A stretch of 64,000 nucleotides of DNA from Candidatus Bathyarchaeota archaeon (GTDB taxonomy: Archaea > Thermoproteota > Bathyarchaeia > Bathyarchaeales > Bathycorpusculaceae): NCBI GenBank assembly GCA_963717465.1, contig OY970340.1, positions 2,656,001 to 2,720,000 on the forward strand. The letters run 5' to 3'. Below the pieces are notes generated by a model that searched no databases, was not told where the DNA came from, and was given only the letters and a program-made list of their open reading frames with translations. Position numbers and translations under genes: made by a program. Below are positions 1 through 9,134 of this stretch, one piece after another; the first letter of the stretch is position 1, and the number at the start of each line of letters is the position of its first letter.

Positions 1-92
1 TCACTCCACCCCGAGATCTTTTGCTGTTACAGTTGCTCAACAGTCACACATGCTTAATTGCTGCCCAACCGATCAATACCTTGTGGACTAGG

Positions 93-329
93 ATGGCGTT
101 TAGTGGTAGATTAGGAGTTGTGTCTCAGATTATCCGTTTCTGCGAGACATCAAAAGATAAAGGCAGAATTGGGAACAGGTTAGGTTTGAATGATGCACAA
201 GCAGAAGCCTACTTGACAATTCTCACGCAACAAAGCATGATTATGCAAAACAACGGCAAATATGTCAGCACAACGAAAGGACAAGGTTACCTCTCATCCT
301 ACGACAGACTTAGAAAAATCGTGTTCTAA
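93..329 (+). CDS. Winged helix-turn-helix transcriptional regulator (archaeal HTH_45-like)
   Basis: ATG at 93; 78 aa with a helix-turn-helix and a wing ending KYVSTTKGQGYL, typical of small archaeal wHTH regulators. Confidence 0.7.
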   Translation: MAFSGRLGVVSQIIRFCETSKDKGRIGNRLGLNDAQAEAYLTILTQQSMIMQNNGKYVSTTKGQGYLSSYDRLRKIVF

Positions 330-374
330 ATGTTGGATGGATTAAAATCAGTTTAAACTTTCAAGGGGTGAATA

Positions 375-707
375 TTGAAAATGATTTTTGCATTGGACAT
401 ATTCAGCGATTTATTTGGCGCGATCATAGCAGGCTTACCAGCAATCGCCATAATGGCAATCCCATTCATCATAGGATTAATTGGGGGCTTCCTCATCAAG
501 AAATCCCTGAAATGGGGCATCGTCATAGGCATAATCGTGGTAATCGCCGCTTTCTTTGGCTTCTTTGGCTTGAGCCTTGGCTCATTAGCAGGTTTGGCAG
601 CAACATATAGTCCCATAATCTATACGTACGGCATTCTACTATTAGGCGTATTACCATTGGGATTAGGCTTCATAGTCGGCTTGATTCTTGGCTTCATATT
701 CGGGTAA
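375..707 (+). CDS. Small Gly-rich integral membrane protein
   Basis: 110 aa with 3-4 hydrophobic helices; GGGGTGA RBS upstream. Confidence 0.7.
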   Translation: MKMIFALDIFSDLFGAIIAGLPAIAIMAIPFIIGLIGGFLIKKSLKWGIVIGIIVVIAAFFGFFGLSLGSLAGLAATYSPIIYTYGILLLGVLPLGLGFIVGLILGFIFG

Positions 708-980
708 TGGTGCAAGCGAAAATAAGCGTAAATCACCAATTAATTATTTTAGAAAAAATTCTCTAACCATAGTATAAGCAATAAAAAAACTTTGCACTTG
801 TCGAGCGAATGATTTTCTATTTCACAGCAAGAAAGTAGGTTTTCAGGTTAATCCTCAGCTTCTTAAAGAACTTGGCCCTCACAAATTTAGGTGGAAACGA
901 GTTAGTCGAATTATTTGGTCTTTAAAAATGAAAAAAAATAAAATGCGGATTAGGTGAGAATGTTGGAAAGGAAAACCTAA

Positions 981-1292
981 CTAACTCTCAACTACTGGTT
1001 TCAGGTACATGTGAAGCTGATCTTTTCTAATTTGCAAGAGCAACCCTTTGTCTGTTCTGCGTACAGCTCCTTTCTCAAGGGCTGAAATCTCCAACATGTT
1101 CCGTACTCCGTGTTTCTTTGCGCCCAGCACAGATTCAGCTATATCCTTTTCCAATTCGATTTCAAGATGAGTTACTTTCCAATCATCCAGATCTATTTCA
1201 ATGTCTTTAACTTTGCCAATTTTCTCATCTACCGCAAACACGTCTTTATCCATTAACTCTTTACTTTTTGCGGTCGTTTTCAAACTAATCAT
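981..1292 (-). CDS. PRC-barrel domain protein
   Basis: SKELMDKDVF..DEKIGKVKDIEID..W.V..L pattern; GGAGGGA RBS. Confidence 0.8.
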   Translation of the reverse strand: MISLKTTAKSKELMDKDVFAVDEKIGKVKDIEIDLDDWKVTHLEIELEKDIAESVLGAKKHGVRNMLEISALEKGAVRRTDKGLLLQIRKDQLHMYLKPVVES

Positions 1293-1605
1293 ACTTATCT
1301 ATCCCTCCTTTCTACGTTCATAATTTGAGCTACCTTATAAGTGGTCATTAGCAGAGTTAAGCACATGTGAATGTAAGCCCACACCGACATTCTAATCCTT
1401 GTACCTGCACTAATCAATTCAATTGCTAAAGAATTTGAAACTCGAAACAAGAAAAATGAAAGTTAATCTTCAGCTTTTTTCCAGTCAGATTCAAAACCTG
1501 TCCTTAATACACCTATAAGGTTACGGTTGTTTGTCCACAAAGAAGGACTTTCGCCAAGTCCGCTTTCTTTAGAAGTGGTAATCAACGCTTCTTTATCATC
1601 AGACA

Positions 1606-2532
1606 TTATAAAGTAGTGCGAGCGAAAAGGGTGAACATTTTCAGGAGGCTCGAAACGCCGTCAAAGTATCCTATTTTGGAAACGCCGTGATTTCGGTAGG
1701 AATATGGAATTGGAACCTCAATAAATCTTTGATCGCTGCCATTTAAACCCAAACAAGTTAATTCTATCTCAACAGCAAAACCGTTTTCTTTTAACACAAC
1801 ACGATCAAGAACTGCCCGTCTAAATGCCTTCTGCCCCGTCATAATATCTGTAATCTGTGCCTTATACATGAGCCTTGCAGCTAAGGATAATAAAAGATTT
1901 CCGACAAAATGGGAAAAGCTCATCCCTTCAGGCCTATTCTTAAACCTATAACCATAAACAACATCCATTTTTCCATTAGATATTGGCTTCACCAAAGATG
2001 GAAGACAATCCGGCAAATACTCTAAATCAGCATCCTGAATCACAAGAACCCTTCCGTGGGAATTTTCGATACCAGTACGCACAGCTGCGCCTTTACCCAA
2101 GTTACGTTCATGACGAATATACTTTACCCAAGGAAACGCTGCTACTTTTTCGCCAGTACGGTCAGTTGAACCGTCATCAACAACTATAACTTCCACCTTA
2201 CCCAAAGACTTACTTACTTTGAATACTCTTTGTAAGACTTCACTTATGGTTTCTTCTTCATGGTATGCAGGTATAATGACGCTGACATCAGGGATTGTCG
2301 ATTGCTTATGCAAAGAGTCTAAGTCTAGACTAGTGGGAACAAAAGAATCATTTTTTTGCTCACAAAAATCATTAACTGCTTTGTTGCTAATTGTTTTTTC
2401 GCCTATTACTAATCCCTGCTGATTGCCGAAATTGGCGTTATACTCAGCACTGGTAAGAATATCTTCTTCCTCTTTAAACGCTGCTTTGATAACTTGCGCC
2501 GAAGAAATATCGTGTTTTTCGTCATTTTCCAT
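1606..2532 (-). CDS. Glycosyltransferase family 2 (polyprenol-phosphate mannosyltransferase-like) with N-terminal extension
   Basis: VSVIIPAY, VVDDGSTDRT, NLGKGAA and QDADLEY motifs. Confidence 0.9.
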   Translation of the reverse strand: MENDEKHDISSAQVIKAAFKEEEDILTSAEYNANFGNQQGLVIGEKTISNKAVNDFCEQKNDSFVPTSLDLDSLHKQSTIPDVSVIIPAYHEEETISEVLQRVFKVSKSLGKVEVIVVDDGSTDRTGEKVAAFPWVKYIRHERNLGKGAAVRTGIENSHGRVLVIQDADLEYLPDCLPSLVKPISNGKMDVVYGYRFKNRPEGMSFSHFVGNLLLSLAARLMYKAQITDIMTGQKAFRRAVLDRVVLKENGFAVEIELTCLGLNGSDQRFIEVPIPYSYRNHGVSKIGYFDGVSSLLKMFTLFARTTL

Positions 2533-3054
2533 TTTTGATCAATTCCTTTAACATTTAAATCGGCTATTTCAACTCTTATTAAAAGCGGTACGGGAAAAAT
2601 TGGCTCCACTCCAACCCGCTTAGCCTTAACCCTATAGTCCAATTCAAGCCATTAATAGGTATGTGAATGTGAGTTAACATCTACAGCCCAAGCCCAACTT
2701 ATCACTTTCAGAAACAAACGCCGATCTTTGAGGTTACGCCGGTTCCATAGAAAAGCTCGGAACAAATCCAGTGACTAAAAGATGCCTGTATTGAGAAAAG
2801 ACCCGCGTCATTATAAACTGAATTTTCCCTTGCAGGGTAACTACCAAGTATCGGTAAGCACCCTGAATTAAAAAGATTGAATCGAGCTAGAGTTTTCACC
2901 ATAAATCGTCTTTTTTAATCGCTGGTTCAGTGTACACATATCACATAAGGTTAAGGGTATACTATGGTGTGTATACTGAACCGAGTAAGCACTTACCATT
3001 TTTAGAACCAGCAACCTGTTTCAAAAAACCTAATTTTTTCTTATTTTATGGTTG

Positions 3055-3532
3055 GCGCGCATGCTTGTTCCTAAAAATGGCTAAAAATGGTTTTAAGTCA
3101 GTTTATTCATCAGTTAAACTATGGATGTATTTGATGAACGTATCTTGTCCGTTTTGAAGGATGAAAAACCAAGACTCTTCATTCAGCTCCTAAAAGAAGC
3201 TGGGTTTTCCCATAACACATTAAAACTGCATCTTAAGAAACTGCTAAGCGGAGGGCTTGTGATGCGAGAGAAAACTGCCTCTGAAGGTCTTGGAAGACCA
3301 AGTTACGTTTATACGGTCTCGCCTAAAGCAAAGAAGCCGGTTTCCGCTGCCCTGGCAGACCCCTCGATTGAACTCGTACACTTACCATTCAGCCGGCTTA
3401 AGCTGCAGGTTCGAGAAGGGTGGATTCTGCAAAGAGACCAGAACTAGTCGCAGCCCGCGAACTTGCCCACAAATACCCAAAGTCGGCTAATAAAAACCAT
3501 TTTTGACCAAATTTCGGAACAACCACGCACGC
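3055..3532 (+). mobile_element. Putative miniature element: 40-bp imperfect terminal inverted repeats around a single wHTH gene
   Basis: 3055-3094 GCGCGCATGCTTGTTCCTAAAAATGGCTAAAAATGGTTTT matches the reverse complement of 3493-3532 at 32/40; a second copy lies at 28610-28906. Confidence 0.65.
3121..3490 (+). CDS. wHTH protein with C-terminal Cys motif (CRFEKGGFCK...CPQI), frameshifted near 3400
   Basis: ORF 3121-3447 gives the HTH (SHNTLKLHLKKL..GL, wing GRPSYVY); the overlapping frame 3290-3490 supplies the Cys-rich tail ending at the right inverted repeat. Confidence 0.75.
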
Positions 3533-3614
3533 TAGAATTACGTTTTTTCGGGCATCCTGCCAATACTTGTTTCAGGTAAATCTTTTCCGCTTGTATGTGT
3601 GCGCAGAAAGGTTT

Positions 3615-3902
3615 CTATAACACTAAGGTATCGGTTTTATTAGTCGAGATAGCTACAATTTCAACCAGTTCTTTAAACTTCTTCACAAATTCAGTTCCTC
3701 TTGGAGTTGTAAAATATCTAGTCTCGGAGTGGTGAACTTCTAGCAGTTTTGCGTCTTGCAAGAAGTTTAGGTGTCTAACGAGTGATAAGTAATTTGAGTT
3801 GGTTTTGTGCATTAAGGCAGTCTTGTTCTGCGGGGTTTTGCAGAAATCAAGAATTTCAGTTATAATCTGCAGACTATTCCACTTATTTTTAAGGTTGAGC
3901 AA
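3615..3902 (-). CDS. Winged helix-turn-helix transcriptional regulator (HTH_45-like)
   Basis: IITEILDFC..KTALMHKTNSNY..L..HL..L...LL..YFTTPRG.EF pattern. Confidence 0.8.
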   Translation of the reverse strand: MLNLKNKWNSLQIITEILDFCKTPQNKTALMHKTNSNYLSLVRHLNFLQDAKLLEVHHSETRYFTTPRGTEFVKKFKELVEIVAISTNKTDTLVL

Positions 3903-4184
3903 AATCTTTCACATTTATATATATAATTACATAACAACGATAAGAAGATGCGTGGGTGAGCACTCCCAGTAACAACTCTTTTTTGACTAAATTTTAATCT
4001 TTCTCTCTCGAACTCACGTACGCTTACGACTACTACCCACTCTCACGTACTCCCACGCACACGCGTGCCTAATGTCAGTCTGTCAGTCTGTCACTCTCTG
4101 TCAGCGCACGCTTGTAGTCGTGGTTCAACAGTCACAAATCGTTAAGTAGCCAATGAGTCAGTTACACAAGAGGTGATTGGACAA

Positions 4185-4304
4185 ATGAGGTTTTTGCATA
4201 ATAACAAAGGTAGTTTAGCTGGGTGGCTCTGGTCTGCTATTGTGGTAGTAGTATTAATAATAGTTCTTATCGTTGTTGTGAGATTTCTTTTTCACGTGAT
4301 ATAA
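4185..4304 (+). CDS. 39-aa membrane micropeptide with class III (pilin-type) signal-like N terminus
   Basis: MRFLHNNKG-SLAGWLWSAIVVVVLIIVLIVVVRFLFHVI; GAGGTGA RBS at 4170-4176; promoter motif at 4119-4145. Confidence 0.65.
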   Translation: MRFLHNNKGSLAGWLWSAIVVVVLIIVLIVVVRFLFHVI

Positions 4305-4590
4305 GACAAGCTGAAAGTAAAAAAGTGGAAGATAGAGCTAGGGCTTCTTTGTGAAGCGCCCAGTCCTCAAATTCCTAAATCTGGTTTGAGTAATGCCTCG
4401 AACAGTAATCGTTTCTTTTCTCCATGTTAGTTTTATTCTGTCACTGAAGTATGCATATCGCCTTTCTCGTCTTGCGCCCCTATAGGAATTGGTAGGATAG
4501 AAACCCAAGTTTTCTGCTGCCCTATCTAGCGCTTCCCACTGTTTTGCTGCGGCAAGTGTGTTGAACTAAATAATGGTTAGCGCTAGTTGC

Positions 4591-4617
4591 TGTGACTTCA
4601 CAGTCACACACGTTTAA
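4591..4617 (+). promoter_or_regulatory. Best copy of shared operator/TATA motif TGTGAC-N6-GTCACA-N5-TTAA
   Basis: Perfect inverted repeat next to a TATA-like box; related copies at 31, 1383(-), 2679(-), 2940, 4119, 5222 and 43562. Confidence 0.65.
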
Positions 4618-4677
4618 GTTTGTAAATGGCGACTTAGCGATAGAGACAGCTCGTCAAATTTAGGAGAAATAGTTTTT

Positions 4678-5082
4678 ATGACTTCTAAAATAGTAAAAAT
4701 TGCGGCAGCAATCGTGATCGTTATTGTCGCAGTCACAGGCATTTTAATAGCCCTAACATACCCAAGAGAAGTTTTTAGTTATCAAGCATCCTTCAACATT
4801 GGCTATGCTAGCACACAACAACAGTTCCAAATACCCATCCTGGATAATCAAGCTCAAGTTCAAGTCACTATCACTAGCGGTTCAACATTGTGGAGCACAA
4901 CAATAACCGCCTCTAATGGAACGCAAGTTTTTAGTCATGTGGCATCTCAAGCAAGCCAAACCAGCTATACTAGTGACTGGATAATTTTGTCATCAGGAAA
5001 CTATAATGTTACATTTCAAACATTGGGTGTTGGGGATGTTCAGGCAATTGTTAAGGTCAATGCGAAAGGCGGATTCTGGTAA
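4678..5082 (+). CDS. Membrane-anchored beta-rich hypothetical protein
   Basis: N-terminal TM helix, then a Ser/Thr/Gln-rich beta domain; AGGAG RBS. Confidence 0.7.
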   Translation: MTSKIVKIAAAIVIVIVAVTGILIALTYPREVFSYQASFNIGYASTQQQFQIPILDNQAQVQVTITSGSTLWSTTITASNGTQVFSHVASQASQTSYTSDWIILSSGNYNVTFQTLGVGDVQAIVKVNAKGGFW

Positions 5083-5301
5083 ACTTTCAAGTTTCTTTTT
5101 TTAAAAAACAAAATATTTTGTTCTTTTAGCAGGGGACATAGGCACTATTAGGTCAAGAAAAACTGTGCACGCTTCCAAGCACTTAAAACGATTAGCGCAG
5201 ACACAGCAATCAAAGCGTTGGTGTGAGGTCACAGCCACACACGTTTAACTCAGTTAATGACTATTTATTGAGTATATCAAAGAGATAAAGGTGAAAAAGA
5301 T

Positions 5302-5529
5302 ATGGGTTTTGGAAGTTACATTGGTGGTTTAGTTCTTTGTGTATTAGCAGTCATGTTAGGAATTTTTGGAATTGCAGTTACGTTAGGATTCTTTAATTTC
5401 GTTGCGGGAAGCTTGGTTGACCCACTAGGAATAGGTATGTCAGTAGTAGCACTCGTCTTGTTCATATTTGGATTATATTCATACAGATCGGCAAAGCCAC
5501 AAGGAACAATAAACGTCCACAATCAATAA
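5302..5529 (+). CDS. Small two-TM membrane protein
   Basis: 75 aa, two hydrophobic helices, AGGTGA RBS. Confidence 0.7.
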   Translation: MGFGSYIGGLVLCVLAVMLGIFGIAVTLGFFNFVAGSLVDPLGIGMSVVALVLFIFGLYSYRSAKPQGTINVHNQ

Positions 5530-5929
5530 AGAATTTAATAGAATTGGTGACAACTTAAAGTAAGGAATAACACAGTAGAAAGACCTTACTCGCAGTATCC
5601 AGAAGTTTGCATGGGCGATACGAATCTCAGTTTATAGCGCGCTAAAAGTAAACTAAATCTCAACCATTTTTCATTTTTTCAAAAACTTTTTCTTAGGAAG
5701 TTTTGGTCTTTTCATTCTTTCAACTTTGGCAATCAAATTTTTAATCCTGTAAGAAATTAGTCGATAATGCTAAAAAACTTGAGAAGCAGAAAACAAAGCT
5801 TGATTCAGAACAGATTAAGACCCATTTGCGCTCCTTGTTCTGCTCGTGTATAAGTACACTAAGCGTATAAGCAAGAAAATTTACTTACTTACAAACAAGT
5901 TTATTCTTGCTTTAAGGAGTACAGTTAAT

Positions 5930-7702
5930 TTGATTGTTAAAGATCCTGTTTGTGGAATGCCCTTAGACCCAGAAAAAACTGAGTACAAAGTCGAATTTTT
6001 GAAGAAACAGTATTATTTTGACAGCGAGTATTGTATGCGCAGTTTTATCAAAGGTCCCAAGATCGCCTATTTCTCCATGGAAATCGGCGTAAGGAGTGAT
6101 ATACCAACCTACAGCGGCGGCTTAGGCGTTTTGGCTGGTGACGTAATCAGATCAAGTGCAGATTTAAGAATTCCGTTAGTTGCAGTTACTTTAATCAGCA
6201 AAAAAGGTTATCTTAAACAGAAATTAACGCCTGATGGATGGCAAATGGAATACCCTGAAGAATGGGATCCCTCGAAGTTCATGAAACTACTGCCGCAAAC
6301 AGTAACCATCAAGATTTCTGGACGCGATGTCAAAATTGGTGTCTGGGTCTATGAACAGGAGAGCCTAACGGGCGGAACCATCCCGGTACTATTCCTTACC
6401 ACTGATGTTGAAGGAAACGTCCAAGAGGATAGAGAAATAACTGATAACCTTTATGGTGGCGACCAAACATATCGACTAAAACAAGAGATTGTTTTGGGTG
6501 TTGGCGGCATAAAAATCCTTGAAGCCTTAAACATCAACGTTAAGAGGTATCACATGAATGAAGGTCATTCCAGTCTTCTTACTCTCGAGCTTTTGAGAAG
6601 AAATGAGATGGATGCTGATGAAGTAAAGAACCTGTGCGTTTTCACCACTCACACACCTGTTGAAGCTGCGTTCGATAAATTTTCTTATGACCTTGTTTTG
6701 AAAGTGCTTGGAACTGAAATGCCCATAGAAGCGTTGAAAACGTATGGTGGATCGGACCAATTAAACATGACGCTTCTGGCTTTGAACTTAAGCAAATATA
6801 CTAACGGTGTGACTGAGGCGCATATGGAGTACTCAAGAAAGCTTTTTCCAGGATATCACATACAAGAAATAACTAACGGTGTTCACTCCTACACGTGGAC
6901 CTGCCAGTACTTTAGACAACTTTTTGATTCGCATATTCGAGGATGGGCAAACGAGCCTGAACTTCTGGTAAGAGTTGATACTATTCCCGAGGGAGAAATA
7001 TGGGAAGCTCACATGAAAGCAAAGCAAGATCTAATTAGTTTTGTTCACGAAAAAACAGCAACCCAAATGGACACAAACACACTCACTATAGCCTTCGCAA
7101 GAAGAGCAACAGAGTATAAACGAGCCGCGATGATTTTTTCCGACCTTGAAAAACTTCGGGAAATCCAAAAGCACGGTCGAATCCAAATGATTTTTGCTGG
7201 AAAAGCGCATCCAAAAGATGAAATGGGCAAAACACTAATAAAAGACATATACTCGTACAAAAATCAGCTAAAAAACGAAATCGACATAGCGTATCTTGAA
7301 AACTATACAATGGAGATGGCTGGAAAATTAGTATCCGGCGCTGATATTTGGCTTAATACGCCTTTGCCTCCTTATGAAGCATCTGGAACCAGCGGCATGA
7401 AAGCAGCACATAATGGTGTCATTAATTTCAGTGTTTTAGATGGTTGGTGGATAGAAGGTTGTGTCGAAGGTCTAACAGGTTGGGCTATTGGTCCCTTTCC
7501 TGATCAAGTGTCTGATGAACAAGAAAGAAGGAAAAGAGAGATTAATGATCTTTATAATAAACTTGAATATGTTATAGTTCCAAAATATTATCAGCAACGT
7601 GACGAATGGATAAGTCTGATGAAAAACTCCATAGGAAAGGTTGCATATTACTTCAATTCTCACCGGATGATGCGAAGATACACAACAGACGCCTATCTCT
7701 AA
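5930..7702 (+). CDS. glgP: Alpha-glucan (glycogen) phosphorylase with N-terminal YHS/TRASH domain
   Basis: TYSGGLGVLAGD, HMNEGH and PLP-site EASGTSGMK motifs; N terminus KDPVCGM...YYFDSEYC. TTG start at 5930 follows an AAGGAG RBS (ORF track starts at 5846). Confidence 0.92.
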   Translation: MIVKDPVCGMPLDPEKTEYKVEFLKKQYYFDSEYCMRSFIKGPKIAYFSMEIGVRSDIPTYSGGLGVLAGDVIRSSADLRIPLVAVTLISKKGYLKQKLTPDGWQMEYPEEWDPSKFMKLLPQTVTIKISGRDVKIGVWVYEQESLTGGTIPVLFLTTDVEGNVQEDREITDNLYGGDQTYRLKQEIVLGVGGIKILEALNINVKRYHMNEGHSSLLTLELLRRNEMDADEVKNLCVFTTHTPVEAAFDKFSYDLVLKVLGTEMPIEALKTYGGSDQLNMTLLALNLSKYTNGVTEAHMEYSRKLFPGYHIQEITNGVHSYTWTCQYFRQLFDSHIRGWANEPELLVRVDTIPEGEIWEAHMKAKQDLISFVHEKTATQMDTNTLTIAFARRATEYKRAAMIFSDLEKLREIQKHGRIQMIFAGKAHPKDEMGKTLIKDIYSYKNQLKNEIDIAYLENYTMEMAGKLVSGADIWLNTPLPPYEASGTSGMKAAHNGVINFSVLDGWWIEGCVEGLTGWAIGPFPDQVSDEQERRKREINDLYNKLEYVIVPKYYQQRDEWISLMKNSIGKVAYYFNSHRMMRRYTTDAYL

Positions 7703-8024
7703 TTAACCTTTAAAAAAATTGTTCACACGCGTAAAAGTGGCTTTTTCTAAGCTTTCGCTTAACTCAGCTTTCTTTATAATGCTACAGCGGCTACGGCCTA
7801 GTTTTTCAGCTATCCTCAAAAACACTAAAAAATATAACCATTTGTGTAGTATAGTAGGAAACGAGTTTAACGGCGGTATTCTGAGTATTGATCTTTGCAA
7901 TTTAAATTTTCATTTCGTGTTTTAAATTAACGCGTAAAATAATCTTTTGCCTTTTGAATAAATTATTTAGGATACAAATACTTAAAGGCGAATTCAAAGC
8001 TCATATGCTTGAGGGCTGGTCATC

Positions 8025-8477
8025 GTGAACACAATTGAGAAAACAAATCTGAAAGCAATCGATCCTGAAACGTTGAAAATAACAAAACTATCGACAAAAG
8101 AAGATACCTTTTTTGTTGAATTGCCTTTAGATAGAACTCCGCAAGAGGATTGGCAAGAGTTATTTGAAGAAGAATTGAAAAAAGACGCCCAACAATTGGC
8201 TATAGTAAAAAAACCAAAGGATTCTTTCCAGATAATTGAACCTAGCTATCCAAACAGCTTACAAGGGAACGCAATTTTAATTATTACTAATCCAAGAAAA
8301 CTTCAAGAAGACATTAAATTAGTTATGCAGTTGGTAAAGAAGGTCAATAATAGAGTTGACCAACATAACAAAGAAGCAAACGAACAAGACGAAAAGGAAA
8401 ATTTAAAAACCAAAAATGACAAAGAAACTATAAGCGAGATGCGTGAATCTCTTAAGAAAAATCCACCCAGTCTCTAA
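8025..8477 (+). CDS. Hypothetical protein with coiled-coil C terminus
   Basis: 150-aa ORF with TATA-like box and RBS; no recognised motif. Confidence 0.6.
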   Translation: MNTIEKTNLKAIDPETLKITKLSTKEDTFFVELPLDRTPQEDWQELFEEELKKDAQQLAIVKKPKDSFQIIEPSYPNSLQGNAILIITNPRKLQEDIKLVMQLVKKVNNRVDQHNKEANEQDEKENLKTKNDKETISEMRESLKKNPPSL

Positions 8478-8527
8478 CTTTTTAAAATCAACAGTTGTTT
8501 AGGCGGTAGATCATTGCTTTTAGAGAT

Positions 8528-8567
8528 TAAACACATAAACACATAAACACATAAACACATAAACAAA
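8528..8567. repeat. Tandem 8-bp repeat (TAAACACA x4 + TAAACAAA)
   Basis: Read directly; inverted partial copies at about 8570 and 8597-8606. Confidence 0.9.
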
Positions 8568-8748
8568 CATGTTTATAAGCACGTAACGACATATATGTTT
8601 ATGTGGATAAACCAATAAGCGAATTGAAGTGAACAAAAAATGATGACAAATACAAGAATAAAATTAGGCGTTTGGCAGTTCACTAATTGGAAAGATGTTT
8701 GACACGTCACAATCGTGCATAAAACTCTAATAAAAAAGTTGATTAAAT

Positions 8749-8892
8749 ATGGGTCGAATATACGTGGATATCCCTGATGAACTGGAAAAGCAGTTCAGAT
8801 TGAAAACGGTAGAAAAATTCGGCGGGAAAAAAGGCGACCTATCCCGCGCTGCCAAAGACGCAGTAAAAACATGGGTTGCCAAAAAAGAGTAA
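8749..8892 (+). CDS. Ribbon-helix-helix (CopG-like) DNA-binding protein, 47 aa
   Basis: MGRIYVDIPDELEKQFRLKTVEKFGGKKGDLSRAAKDAVKTWVAKKE: beta strand followed by two helices. Confidence 0.75.
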   Translation: MGRIYVDIPDELEKQFRLKTVEKFGGKKGDLSRAAKDAVKTWVAKKE

Positions 8893-9134
8893 ATCTACAA
8901 TCCTCCGTTACCTCCTGATAACTTCATTTTGAGTATTCTTTCGAGGAAAAGCATTAGGGGAAAGCCAGCTAGCCCTCGACACTTGAAGGCTGAGATCGCG
9001 TGAGGGGCTAATAGCTGTGGTCCCCCCGTTTAAGGATGTGGCATTAAAAAAGTTTCAAAAGCCCATCAAGATAACTGAAAGCAACATATTGCAAGAGTTC
9101 AAGTCAAATAATTAGATTTGATGGGGGTGAAACA

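Noticed and set aside
2708..3157. ORFs 2708-2902 (-) and 2930-3157 (+)
   Set aside because: No recognisable motif; the second runs across a promoter motif and the element's left repeat.
4591..4608. Motif as a bacterial CRP/FNR box
   Set aside because: Spacing is TGTGA-N8-TCACA rather than N6, and the context is an archaeal TATA promoter.
8528..8567. Short repeats here and at 26781, 29462 and 35599 as CRISPR arrays
   Set aside because: These are tandem units without unique spacers, and there is no cas operon.
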